Below, piece after piece: positions 48,301-59,620 of a stretch of 64,000 nucleotides of DNA; positions within the stretch are counted from its first letter, which is position 1; every line of letters begins with the position of its first letter. Both the position numbers and the translations under genes were made by a program. The DNA lies in assembly GCF_963921235.1 (NCBI RefSeq), contig NC_086097.1, positions 10,230,001 to 10,294,000 on the forward strand, given 5' to 3'. The notes below the pieces were generated by a model. That model was not told where the DNA came from and ran no database searches. It saw only the letters and a program-made list of their open reading frames with translations. The stretch comes from Mobula hypostoma. Taxonomy: Eukaryota.

Positions 48301-50600
48301 GTTAGGTAAATTGAAGGGATTGAAGGCAGATAAATCCCCAGGGCCAGATGGTCTGCATCCCAGAGTGCTTAAGGAAGTAGCCCAAGAAATAGTGGATGCA
48401 TTAGTGATAATTTTTCAAAACTCGTTAGATTCTGGACTAGTTCCTGAGGATTGGAGGGTGGCTAATGTAACCCCACTTTTTAAAAAAGGAGGGAGAGAGA
48501 AACCGGGGAATTATAGGCCGGTTAGCCTAACGTCGGTGGTGGGGAAACTGCTGGAGTCAGTTATCAAGGATGTGATAACAGCACATTTGGAAAGCGGTGA
48601 AATGATTGGACAAAGTCAGCATGGATTTGTGAAAGGAAAATCATGTCTGACGAATCTCATAGAATTTTTTGAGGATGTAACTAGTAGAGTGGATAGGGGA
48701 GAACCAGTGGATGTGGTATATTTGGATTTTCAAAAGGCTTTTGACAAGGTCCCACACAGGAGATTAGTGTGCAAACTTAAAGCACACAGTATTGGGGGTA
48801 AGGTATTGGTGTGGGTGGAGAATTGGTTAGCAGACAGGAAGCAAAGAGTGGGAATAAACAGGACCTTTTCAGAATGGCAGGCGGTGACTAGTGGGGTACA
48901 GCAAGGCTCAGTGCTGGGACCCCAGTTGTTTACAATATATATTAATGACTTGGATGAGGGAATTAAATGCAGCATCTCCAAGTTTGCGGATGACACGAAG
49001 CTGGGTGGCAGTGTTAGCAGTGAGGAGGATGCTAAGAGGATGCAGGGTGACTTGGATAGGTTGGGTGAGTGGGCAAACTCATGGCAGATGCAATTTAATG
49101 TGGATAAATGTGAAGTTATCCACTTTGGTGGCAAAAATAGGAAAACAGATTATTATCTGAATGGTGGCCGATTAGGAAAAGGGGAGGTGCAACGAGACCT
49201 GGGTGTCATTATACACCAGTCATTGAAAGTGGGCATGCAGGTACAGCAGGCGGTGAAAAAGGCGAACGGTATGCTGGCATTTATAGCGAGAGGATTCGAG
49301 TACAGGAGCAGGGAGGTACTACTGCAGTTGTACAAGGCCTTGGTGAGACCACACCTGGAGTATTGTGTGCAGTTTTGGTCCCCTAATCTGAGGAAAGACA
49401 TCTTTGCCATAGAGGGAGTACAAAGAAGGTTCACCAGATTGATTCCTGGGATGGCAGGTCTTTCATATGAAGAAAGACTGGATGAACTGGGCTTGTACTC
49501 ATTGGAATTTAGAAGATTGAGGGGGGATCTGATTGAAACGTATAAGATCCTAAAGGGATTGGACAGGCTAGATGCGCGAAGATTGTTCCCGATGTTGGGG
49601 AGGTCCAGAACGAGGGGTCACAGTTTGAGGATAGAGGGGAAGCCTTTTAGGACCGAGATTAGGAAAAACTTCTTCACACAGAGAGTGGTGAATCTGTGGA
49701 ATTCTCTGCCACAGCAAACTGTTGAGGCCAGTTCATTAGCTATGTTTAAAAGGAAGTTAGATATGGCCCTTGTGGCTACAGGGGTCAGGGGGTATGGAGG
49801 GAAGGCTGGGTTCTGAGTTGGATGATCAGCCATGATCATAATAAATGGCGGTGCAGGCTCGAAGGGCCGAATGGCCTACTCCTGCACCTATTTTCTATGT
49901 TTCTATGTTTCTATAAATTAGCGAGTTGTTTGTTATTTGTCCCCTCGCTGTGAAATGGGGACACATTTTTTTCCCTTATTAGGAAGAGAGAGAGCCTGTG
50001 GTATGTCGAATTACTGGGTGAACAAGCAGTCTTTGGGGTACTGCAAGTCTGTGTCTTTATTGATGCCTGCTGCACGCTTGAGTGCTTGGTGGGGGTGGGG
50101 GGGGGTTGTCTTGCTGCTACTTGTGTGTGGGAGGGGGAGCTGGGGGAGCTTCAGCATTCTAATGTTTAACTGTCATTCATTCTTTGGGGCACTCCTCTGT
50201 TTTCGTGGTTGTTTGTGAAGAAAAAGAATTTCAGGATGTATATTGCATAGATTTATCGACATTGAATGTGCCTATTGAACCTATTGAATTCCTGTAACAC
50301 TGCCATTTGTGGGACATCAGGGGTCACTTCAGCCACAGAGGTTACTACCGAGGACTGTACCCTGCTGAAGGAGGCCTCCTGCTCCTCCATCGTGTTTTCC
50401 TCCTCTCTTACTTCTTTGACCAGCTCAACAAACAAGGGTGGGGGTCATTCAGAGGCTGAAAGCGATCATGTCTTGTGACCGTGTGCCCTTCACCACTTGG
50501 CCCATCCTTAATTGATTCACCACAGCCACTTGGCTGGCCCCTCTTCACCTCAAGCAACACAGCTGTCTCTCTAGCAGAAAAATGTAGGCCAACTTCTTCT
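45318..50600 (-). mobile_element. Degenerate Gypsy LTR retrotransposon (gag and integrase remnants, PPT, 3' LTR 45318-46013), interrupted by a SINE and a CR1
   Basis: Integrase RFNWTLLDMLGTL...VHCYNCT.NEATRYSPYYLMFGR (46970-47203) and PGDRVLIKN...PYVV (46656-46964); PPT ggtaggggaagag (rc 46014-46026) abuts LTR start TGT; gag-like FVELVKEVREEEN (50253-50435). Confidence 0.82.
47842..49914 (+). mobile_element. Young 5'-truncated CR1 (HER1-like) LINE with uninterrupted 648-aa ORF2 (RT, no endonuclease)
   Basis: KSPGPDGLHPRVLKE, NYRPVSLTS, YLDFQKAFD, QGSVLGP, KFADD; (TTCTATGT)n tail; inserted into a SINE-like element spanning about 47610-50290. Confidence 0.97.
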
Positions 50601-51164
50601 GAAACATGCTCCTAAACGCCCATTGGGCTTCTTGTCATGCTGCCCATTAACCCATCTATTTAACACTACCTTAATCAGAGGACAGTTTACAATGACCTAC
50701 TAACCTTTGGACTGTGGGAGGAAACTGAAGCACCTGGAGGAAACCCACACAGTCACAGGGAGAATGTACAAACTCCTTACAGACAGCACCAGAAGTGAAC
50801 TTCAAATTTGACGTCCTGAGTTGTAATAGTGTGGCACTGACTGCAACAGTACCGTGATCCCCTAGAAACTGTGTGGGAGACGATCACAGGAACATCTGTG
50901 ACAGGAGAGCGAGCGGGGGAATGACACGGGAAAACTGGCTTCTAGATGGCTCACTGACTGAGCGAGTGAGTGAGCCACCTCTGATCAGCTCAGCCCAGCC
51001 TCAGATTGCTGTGCCTCATTGGGCAGTGAGGGTAATGAGGAGAGAAGCCACACAGAAATGTCCTTTTTTCACCCAGCAAAAGATGTCGGTAGCCCCAAAG
51101 CAGTCAGCAAGTTCATCCTGCTTGTCTCCCAAATGATCAGTCAAACGTGTATATATATATATAT

Positions 51165-51520
51165 ACGGTTGGGTGGTGGCGTGGAGATGTATCTCTACCA
51201 AAGGAGGTGTAAAGGGCTCCTTCCCTCTGCTAGCCTGCAGGTCACCCTTGAGCAAGGTGTAACATCTTCTTATACCCTCTTAATTAGTGTCACATAAAGC
51301 CATGGAAATAGGTGATGGATAGTCGAATGAGCAGCTGGTGCTTATCACAATCTGAAGAGTATTGATAATGGCTGGGGTCAACCATCTTGTAAGGACACTG
51401 CCCAGAAGAAGGCAATGGCATGTCCACTTCTGTAGAAAAATTGTCCAGAACAATTATGGTCATGGAAAGACTATGATCGCCTATGTTATACAGCACAGCA
51501 CATAACAAACGATACATAGG
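51165..51520 (+). mobile_element. RTE-type SINE (same family as 19436-19780)
   Basis: tctctaccaaaggagg...cctgcaggtcacccttg...gaaggcaatggca shared in inverse orientation with 19436-19780. Confidence 0.75.
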
Positions 51521-51640
51521 GTGCCCATAAGGAGGGTGTTTATAACCTAAGAGGGTCCTGTAACTCAACTATATATTTATCTCCATGAAAAACTTCCAAA
51601 TTTTCCAAGTACTTCCACCTTATAAATTTATATTCCACAG

Positions 51641-52858
51641 CAATGATCCCTCTAAGGCAGCGGTCCCCGACCACCAGGCCGTGGACCGGTACTGGGCCGC
51701 AAAGCATGTGCTACCGGGCCGCTTGGAAATGATATGAGTCAGCTGCACCTTTCCTCATTTCCGGTCACTCACTGTTGAACTTGAACATAGAGTTGCCAAC
51801 TGTCCCGTATTTGCCGGGACATCCCGTATATTGGGCTAAATTGGTTTGTCCCATACGGGACCGCCCTTGTCCCGTACTTCCCCCGCTAAGGTACAGCGCT
51901 CCTATGAAACCTTTCATGCTGAAATGACGTAAAGCGAAGAAGCAATTACCATTAATTTATATGGGAAAAACTTTTGAGCTTTCCCAGACCCAAAAAATAA
52001 CCTACCAAATCATACCAAATAACACATAAAATCTAAAATAACTCTAACATATAGTAAAAGCAGGAATGATATGATAAATACACAGCCTATAAGTAGAAAT
52101 AATGTATGTACAGTGTAGTTGGGAAGATTAAACCCAAACCGATTTGTGGAAAAAAAATTGGCACGTACGCGTATGTGTACGTCACGCATGCGCACACAGG
52201 TGCCCACGCAAGGCTTCATGGTCATGGTAGTCTTTTTGGGGTAAACAGAAGTGTCCTGTCAACACACACAAAAAGTGCTGGTGAACGTAGCAGGTCAGGC
52301 AGCATCTGTAGGAAGAGGTACAGTCGACGTTTCGGGCCGGGACCCTTCGTCACGATTTGACTGCTACTTTTGTCCCTTATTTGGGAGTGAGAAAGTTGGC
52401 AACCCTCACTGTAAAAGACATGTTGAGGTGAGTTTAACACTACTTGAACAGCCACCACCGCCCCACTCCACCCCCCCACCCGGTCAGGGTCTGCAGGAGT
52501 ATTGTTAATATTAAACCAGTCTGCAGTGTAAAAAAGGTTGGGGATCCCTGCTCTAAGGTATATGCGCACACATCTGCTACGAGCACACAAAGGAATTTAA
52601 ACTGCCCGTGAAATATTGCCATCTATCTCGTTGGTATGTTTAGTATATTACACGGTCATACAAAATCACATTCCCTTTTCCGGTTTCTGGTGCATACAGT
52701 GTTGACAATGTGCAGATTTTAGAACTGGCTTTGTTATACTGTTTTTATTGAAGAAATCATTGATTCATGCACATGTGCACACATGGTGTTGCTGGGCAAG
52801 AAACTGCACAGCAGAAGATTTTTCTGCACACTGGTCATTACAAATAGAGGGAACATTG
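51641..52858 (+). mobile_element. hAT MITE (family of 22602-23401) carrying nested insertions
   Basis: TIRs caatgatccctcta / tagagggaacattg; TSD ttccacag / tttcacag. Confidence 0.85.
51658..52550. mobile_element. hAT/Charlie-type non-autonomous element with perfect 8-bp TSD
   Basis: TIRs cagcggtccccgacc / ggttggggatccctg; TSD ctctaagg at 51650-51657 and 52551-52558; contains an inner agagttgccaac...gttggcaaccct element (51789-52406). Confidence 0.88.
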
Positions 52859-53502
52859 TTTCACAGGGTACTTTATTTAGTATTTCTCTGAAGATTAGGC
52901 ACATTAAACAAATAAGTTTACCTTACAATTTTTAAAATTTTAATTCTGCTAAAAGTTTTAATATTCTTCCTTTTGAAATACATATCCAAATGTTTTTGAA
53001 ATTATGCTCTCTGCTTCTGTCTTATTTGTCAGTTCTCTAATAACTCCTCTCAATGAGGAGATGTTTAAATTCTTTCTTTTCCCTGGTGATCAGAAAATTT
53101 TAGGGTTTTGCTTCACTTTACCGTCACTTCTTTTGACATCTCCGCTGCCTCTAAATTACGAGACTGTATTCTGTCATTCAGTTATTCAATAGAACACAAT
53201 AACCTACTTGTCACAATGCAGAGGAATGCCATTCAGCCCTTCAAGCTGAATCTGGCTGCCAGCTGAACAAGACCATCATCCCATTCATTCTTACCTTGAT
53301 TCCTTGTAGCCCTGTCATAGAGTCATAGAAAAAGACAGCACAGAAGCAGGCGCTATGGCCCATCTAGTCCATGCCGAACTATTTAAATTGCCTACTTCCA
53401 TCGACCTGTACCTGTACCCCTCTGCTTAGTCTTTCACATAACCATAATCCCTTCCAGATTGTTTAACACTTTACTGCACTGAGGACAGTAACAACAGCCA
53501 GT

Positions 53503-53974
53503 TGTTGGATCCTGATGTTTTTTTAATCCAAGGTTGTCTTGGAAGTCAAGAAAGAGGCACAAAACTTGTTGCTTCATGATCACTTTATTCAGCGATAATA
53601 AAACAAAGAGAATTGGAAGCAGGGAATAGAAAGCAGCGAAAGTCTAAGAACAAAGAGGAAACAAAGGGAAAGATGGTGGGGCAACATGGTTGATCTTTCT
53701 TATACCTCATAGATAAGAGACATTCCATTCAAATTTATAGATAAGAGTTAACCAATCAGATAGCCCCTATTCAAATAATGTGATAACCAAGAATCTTCCA
53801 GAAAAAAGACAGAATTGTAACCAATACGGGACAACTTGAACAATTGCATATACAGACTGTGACCACTAGGAAACATACTAAAAGGTTACATGTAAATAGG
53901 CAGTTATGTAAAATACAAGCTGGCATAAATTCTTAAATTCTGAGAAAATATCAATTATACAGTCTAATCCAACA
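53503..53974 (-). mobile_element. Solo LTR (472 bp)
   Basis: TGTTGGAT...ATCCAACA perfect 8-bp terminal inverted repeat; 4-bp TSD cagt on both sides; minus-strand TATAA (about 53700) and AATAAA (about 53584); related fragment at 23410-23520. Confidence 0.88.
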
Positions 53975-54504
53975 CAGTTAACCTTTAAGCATGACTCTGA
54001 GATATAGGTGGAAACCATGTTATCATGGAGAATGTGCAAACTCAACACAGAAAGCTGCTAAACCCAGCTCACTGTAGATGTAAAGCAGAAGCACTAACTA
54101 ATTTGATTGTTTCATCAAATGCCGAAGACCAAAGTCATTGTTCTCAGAACTTGCTACAAACACTGATCTTCTATCTATAACCTCATTTAAAATCAGATTT
54201 TACAGATGCTGGAAACATTTATTTATTTGTTCAGGGATACAGCATGGAAAAGGCCCTTCTGACCCAACAAGCTGCACTAGCCCACAACTCATCTATTTAA
54301 CACTAGCCCAATTACAGGACAATTTTCAATAACCAATTAACCTGCTAACTGGTACATCTTTGATCTGTGGAAGGAAACCCATGGGGTCAAGGGTAGAACA
54401 TACAAGCTTCCTGCAGATAGCACCAGAACTGGTCCAAACTTCAGAACATCCAAAGGTTCAACGGCATTGCACTAACCCCTATACGACTGTGGTGCCCATC
54501 TTGA

Positions 54505-54700
54505 GCAAGCACACAAAATGCTCTAAGAAAGGAACAAATCAGACAGCATCAATGGAGGGGAATAAACAGTCAATGTTTTGGGCTGAGACCTTTGATCAAG
54601 ACCAGAAAGGAAGTGGGCAGAAGCCAAAATATGAATATAGTGGGGGAGGGGAAGAGTACATGCTAGTGGGTGATTGGTGAAGGGGAAGGTGGGTGGATAT
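54505..54700 (-). mobile_element. Penelope-derived short element (degenerate)
   Basis: cacacaaaatgct...cagcatc...acagtcaatgttttgggctgagacc pattern. Confidence 0.7.
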
Positions 54701-55165
54701 GTGCTTGGATCTCATTTCCAAACTGACTATTAGAGGTCTATTTGGGTAGAAAGTTAGAATCCATATTAAAAAAATAGCTGACTACTGCCAGCCTGAACGC
54801 AACATGAGGAATTATAACTTTGTGTTGTCCGATTCAGCCCCACCATCATCATCCAGAATCTGCAGCCTTTTGTGTCCCCCCTCTGCATCCCTGTTCTCCT
54901 TTAAGAGGCTCCTGCCTGACCAAACCTTTGCCTTTCTGTGTTACTGTAACACGTGGTGCAGGTACAAATTTTGCCTGATAATACTTGTGTGTGCACTTGG
55001 CGATATTCTGATATTTAAAATACTTGAAAATAATTATTACCGTTTAAATTGGGTGTCATAACAAATTGTTGCCAACTTTAGGAATCCTAAAGCAATCCAA
55101 CAGTTAGGTTTTATCAACCACAATCTCAGCCTGCAAACCCTTTCTGAAACTCCAACTCCAACATT

Positions 55166-55430
55166 CATAAGATCATAAGATCTAGGAATAGAATTAAGCA
55201 GGATTTGACCCACAGTGTCTGCAATGCCATTTCATCATGGCAGAACCATTTCCCTCTCAGCCCCAATCTCCTGCCTTCTTCCTGTATCCTTTTGTGCCCC
55301 GACTAATCAAAATTCAAATAAACTCTGCCTTAAATATGCTCAATGACGTGACCTCCACAGCCGCTGGGGAAACAAATTCCACTGATGCATCACTCTGGCT
55401 AAAGAAACTGCTCCTCATCTCTGTTCTAAC
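55166..55430 (-). mobile_element. CR1 3' end
   Basis: (cataagat) tail and CR1 3' UTR/coding end. Confidence 0.8.
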
Positions 55431-55519
55431 TCATAATAGCTCTGTGAATTCCTGCCCGCATTGTACCCGCGCCAGTGACTTCTTTTGGTTATCAAAATAT
55501 CCTAACCAATTCGTTGAGT

Positions 55520-56290
55520 TCAGAGTAAATTTATTATCAAAGTACATATATGTCAAAATACTACCCTGAGATTCATTTTCTTGCAGGCATTCACACTAGA
55601 ACAAAGAAGTACAATAGAATCAATTAAAAAAACTGCTTACAAGCAAAGACTGACAAACTGTGCAAATGCAGAAAGAAACAAGCAATGATAAATAAACAAA
55701 TGCATCATTATTATGTGCCGTGTCATATGATGTGGGAGGTCAAGGTCTTTGTCCATGATTGTTCTTGGCAAATTTTTCTGCAGAAAAGGCTTGCCATTGC
55801 CTTCTGGGCAGTGTCTTTACAAAACTGGGTGAGCCCAGCCATTACCAATAATCTTCAGAGATTGTCCGCCTGGCATCAGTGGTCGCCTAATCAGGACTTG
55901 TGATATAAGTAAATAAATACTGAGAATATGGGTTGTAGAGTCCTTGAAAGTGAGTCCATAGGCTGTGGTCAATGACTGGTTCAGTGCTGAAGAGCTCCAC
56001 ACTGGTTCAGCAGCCTGTTGGCTGAGGGGTTGTAACTGTTCCTGGACCTGGTGGTGTGGGACCTAAGGCTCTGGTACCTCCTTCCTGAAGGTGGCATCGA
56101 GGAGAGAACATGGATGGCAGAGGTCATTGATGATTGATGCCAATTTTGTGTGGCAGTGCTCAACACTGGAGAGGGCTTTTCCGATGATAAAGTTGGCTGG
56201 ATTGACCACTTTTTGCAGGCTTTTCCATAGCAAGCCCTGATGTAACCAAACAAGATACTCTCCAGTGTGCATCTGTAGAAGTATGTCAGA
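55520..56290 (-). mobile_element. Rex1/Babar 3' end with an RTE-SINE insertion (55703-55903)
   Basis: ORF 55981-56397 FYRCTLESIL...PSGRRYQSLRSHTTRSRNSYNPSANRLLN. Confidence 0.8.
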
Positions 56291-56823
56291 TGGAGAATAT
56301 CCTGACTGGTTGCATCATGGCCTGGTATAGAAGCAACTACACAATTCAACATCCCTCTTCTGATTTTAAATGCCCCAGTATATAAAAACAGTATCACTTC
56401 TATAATTTAATGGTTGGAAAAAAATTTACTTGCAATTTCTCAGCTGCTTTATAGCAAGTTAACTGTGTATACTAATTGTTATTTATACACATGAATAATG
56501 ATTGCTGCCATCAATCACCTGCAGTTTCTCTCCTTCCTCATTTAGCCTGTTCAAATACTTCTTCAACAGTCATTGCAATTCATTTATGTTAATGAAATTT
56601 CTGGGAAAGTGGGACTTAGGATAAAGTAAAGATGCATACTTAAACAAATAGGCCATCTATACTCAATGTCTGTATGATTTAAATGCCAGGTGGATTGAAA
56701 GGGCAGCGTGTCAGGATCAGGGATGAGAGTCAGCTTAGTTCTGCTCATTGCTTCGCAATGTTTACTCGGGTCTGCGCTGATCTGAGCCTGAGGGTGTGGC
56801 CTGTGTCGGGCTCTGCAATGTTT

Positions 56824-57385
56824 ATAGAACATAGAATAGTACAGCATAGTACAGGCCCTTCAGCCCACAATGTTGTGCCGACCCTTAAACCCTGCCTCCC
56901 ATCTAACCCCCCACCTTAAATTTCCCCATATACCTGTCTCGTAGTCTCTTAAACTTCACTAGTGTATCTGCCTCTACCACTGACTCAGGCAGTGCATTCC
57001 ATGCACCAACCACTCTCTATGAGTAAAAAACCTTCCTCTAATATCCCCCTTGAACTTCCCACCCCATACCTTAAAACCATGTCCTCTTGTATTGAGCAGT
57101 GGTGCTCTGGGGAAGAGGCACTGGCTATCCACTCTATCTATTCCTCTTAATATCTTGTATACCTCTATCATGTCTCCTCTCGTCCTCCTTCTCTCCAAAG
57201 AGTAAAGCCCTAGTTCCCTTAATCTCTGATCATAATGCATACTCTCTAAACCAGGCAGCAGCCTGGTAAATCTCCTCTGTACCCTTTCCAATGCTTCCAC
57301 ATCCTTCCTATAGTGAGGTGACCAGAAATGGACACAGTACTCCAAATGTGGCCTAACCAGAGTTTTATAGAGCTGCATCACTACC
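56824..57385 (-). mobile_element. CR1 3' end inserted in a SINE-like element (about 56700-57710) that has about 60-bp internal repeats
   Basis: ORF 56974-57381 LYKTLVRPHLEYCVHFWSP...TRGHGFK; (tagaaca) tail. Confidence 0.92.
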
Positions 57386-57989
57386 TCGCATTTACTTGGC
57401 TCTGCACTGATCTGTGTGAACTGAGGCTGTGGCTGTGGCCTGCTCCGGGCTCTGCAATGTTTACTTGGCTCTGTGCTGAACTGAGGCTGAGGGTGTGGCC
57501 TGCTCCAGCTACTCCGGGCTTTGTGTCTGTGTTCTGAATGCTATTTGCTTACTTGTATTGTTTGCATGATTTTTTTTTTGTCTCACTGCACATTGTGTGT
57601 CCAATGGTCTTTTTTTTGTGGGTTCTTTTATGTTTCATTGCTTTGTGGCTGCCTGTAAGGAGATGAATCTCAGGTTGTATACATTGTACATACTTTAAAC
57701 TTTGAACTTATACGTAGTTGGTTCTGATCATTAGTGTGTCTCTCCTTTCAAATTAGACAACTGTGTACAAACTTGTAATTATAAAGACGTAACATGTGGG
57801 GAACAGGCTAATGGGAAAATTCTGAGAACTGGCATAGTATTGATAGGACAAATGGCATTCTGCGTCATAAGAGTATATAGGTAAGTGTCGGAAACACTCA
57901 GAACATCTGAAAGCACCCTTGTGAAGGGAAGTAGGATTAACAGATCCTTTGTATCTTTTATTCTCACTTTGCCAGTTCTACTGAAGGGT

Positions 57990-58630
57990 TGAAAGAGGGG
58001 AATGGTGATGATAGGGGACTCTGTAGTCAGGGGAACAGACAGGAGATTCTGTGGACATGAACAGGACACCCAAATGGTGTATTGCTTCCATGGTGTCAGG
58101 TTCAGGGATGTCTCAGATTGTATCACAGCATTTTGGAGGGGAAAGGAGAGCAGCCAGATGTCTTGGAACACATTGGTACCAATGACATAGGAAGGAAAAG
58201 CAAAGAGGTCCTGAAAAAAGAATGTGGGCAGAAAGCTGAGAAGCAGGACCTCCTGGGTAGTAATTTCTGGATTGCTGCCTGTGCCACGTGTCAGTGAGGG
58301 TAGAAATAGGATGATTTGGCAGATGTGCAGCTGAGAAGCTGGTGCAGGCGGCCGGGCTTCAGGTTCTTGGATCATTCCGATCTCTTCTGGGGGAGGTATG
58401 ACCTTGTTTAAAAGCGATGGATTGCACCTGAACCCAAGGGTGGACCAATATTCTCATGAGCAGGTTTGTTAGAGCTGCAGGGGAGGGTTTAAACTAATTT
58501 GGCAGAGGGGTGGAAACCGAAATGAAGGGACTCAGGAGAGGACGGATGGTAAAAAAGCAAAGATAGCGTGCAGTCAGTCTTTCAGGAAAGGCAGGCAGAT
58601 GAGAGGACAATATTGTAGCCAGTAGGGTGA
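57990..58630 (+). mobile_element. CR1 ORF1 esterase (SGNH/GDSL-like) domain remnant
   Basis: MIGDSVVRG (block I), HIGTNDIG (block III) and DGLHLN (block V) in frameshifted pieces. Confidence 0.85.
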
Positions 58631-58634
58631 GTAT

Positions 58635-58995
58635 CACAAACAAGAGAAAATCTGCAGATGCTGTAAATCCAAGCAACACACACAAAATGCTGAAGGAACT
58701 CAGCAGGCCAGGCAGCATCTGTGGAAAAGAGTACAGTCGACTTTACAGGGGGACATGCTTCCAAGTTCATCCATCAGGTTGGAGGCTACCCAGACGGAAT
58801 ATAAGGTGTTGTTCTTTCAACCTAAGTGTGGCCTCATCACGGCAGTGGACAGACATGGACAGACATGTCGGAATGGGAATGGGAAGTGGGTGGCCACTGG
58901 GAGATCCCACATTTTCAGGCGGACGGAACATAGGTGCTTGGCGAAGCGCTCTCCCAATCTACGTGGTGTCTCACCAATATACAGGAGGCCACATC
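58635..58995 (-). mobile_element. Penelope-like element: GIY-YIG endonuclease remnant and 3' end
   Basis: CGLLYIGETPRRLGERFAKHL...LPVATHF; adjoining cacaaaatgctgaaggaactcagcaggccaggcagcatc end. Confidence 0.88.
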
Positions 58996-59044
58996 TGATT
59001 GATATATTTCTCAGACAGTCCTGGAAAGAGTGAATAATAGTGGT

Positions 59045-59620
59045 ATAATCGTCTAAAAACAAAAAATGTGTATGAATTTTTCTGCATCTCTTAAGTAATC
59101 GAACTCTTGCAATGTTCCGTCAATGAAAGAACACAGTCTTAATAAAATGATTAACATGATTTGAAGTTTAGCTCAGTGTCAATAACAATGGCTAAATTCT
59201 TTACTTCTGGCTTGATTTGTAAGGCCAAAAAATCAAGTTTATTTCTAAGGTTCTTACTTTTTTTATTGCTACCAATAACCCAAATTTCATAATTTTCCTT
59301 ATTTAGTTTAAGGAGATTTGAACTTATCCAGACTGTAATGCTAGTAAGGCACTGAACCAGAAGGTTTAAATCATCACGGTCATCAGACATAATAGACAAA
59401 AGCAGCGGTGTCTTGTCTGCATAGCTGTGGTAATTGAGCTTGTGTTTTGAAATAATCTGGCCTAATAGGAGCACGGAGAGTGAGAATAACAATGGGCCAA
59501 GAACTGATCCTTATGGCACACCAAACACAATATCATGGATTTTGGATGCACAATCACCACAGCTAACAAAGAATTTTCTTCCAGTTCTACAAGACTGAAA
59601 CCGGCTTAGAGCAGTATACA
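59045..59620 (-). mobile_element. L2-clade LINE RT fragment
   Basis: GVP*GSVLGPLLFSLSVLLLGQII...YHSYADKT...WISSNLLKLNKEN. Confidence 0.82.

Larger units (their letters stand above)
5270..53150 (-). pseudogene. Possible relic multi-exon gene with SFI1-like (F/L-x-x-W) repeats; tentative
   Basis: Non-repeat islands with minus-strand splice signals and frames broken by stops or frameshifts: 52922-53150, about 42593-42788, 39751-40175, about 31995-32108, about 30570-30777, 24503-24801, 19970-20150, about 16180-16482, 9449-9520, about 5270-5417. Confidence 0.3.

Noticed and set aside
47870..49816. Autonomous active retroelement or domesticated RT gene
   Set aside because: 5'-truncated, with no endonuclease, ORF1 or true start codon; ordinary CR1 tail.
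58002..58440. Host GDSL lipase/esterase gene
   Set aside because: Frameshifted, intronless and of the CR1 ORF1 esterase type.
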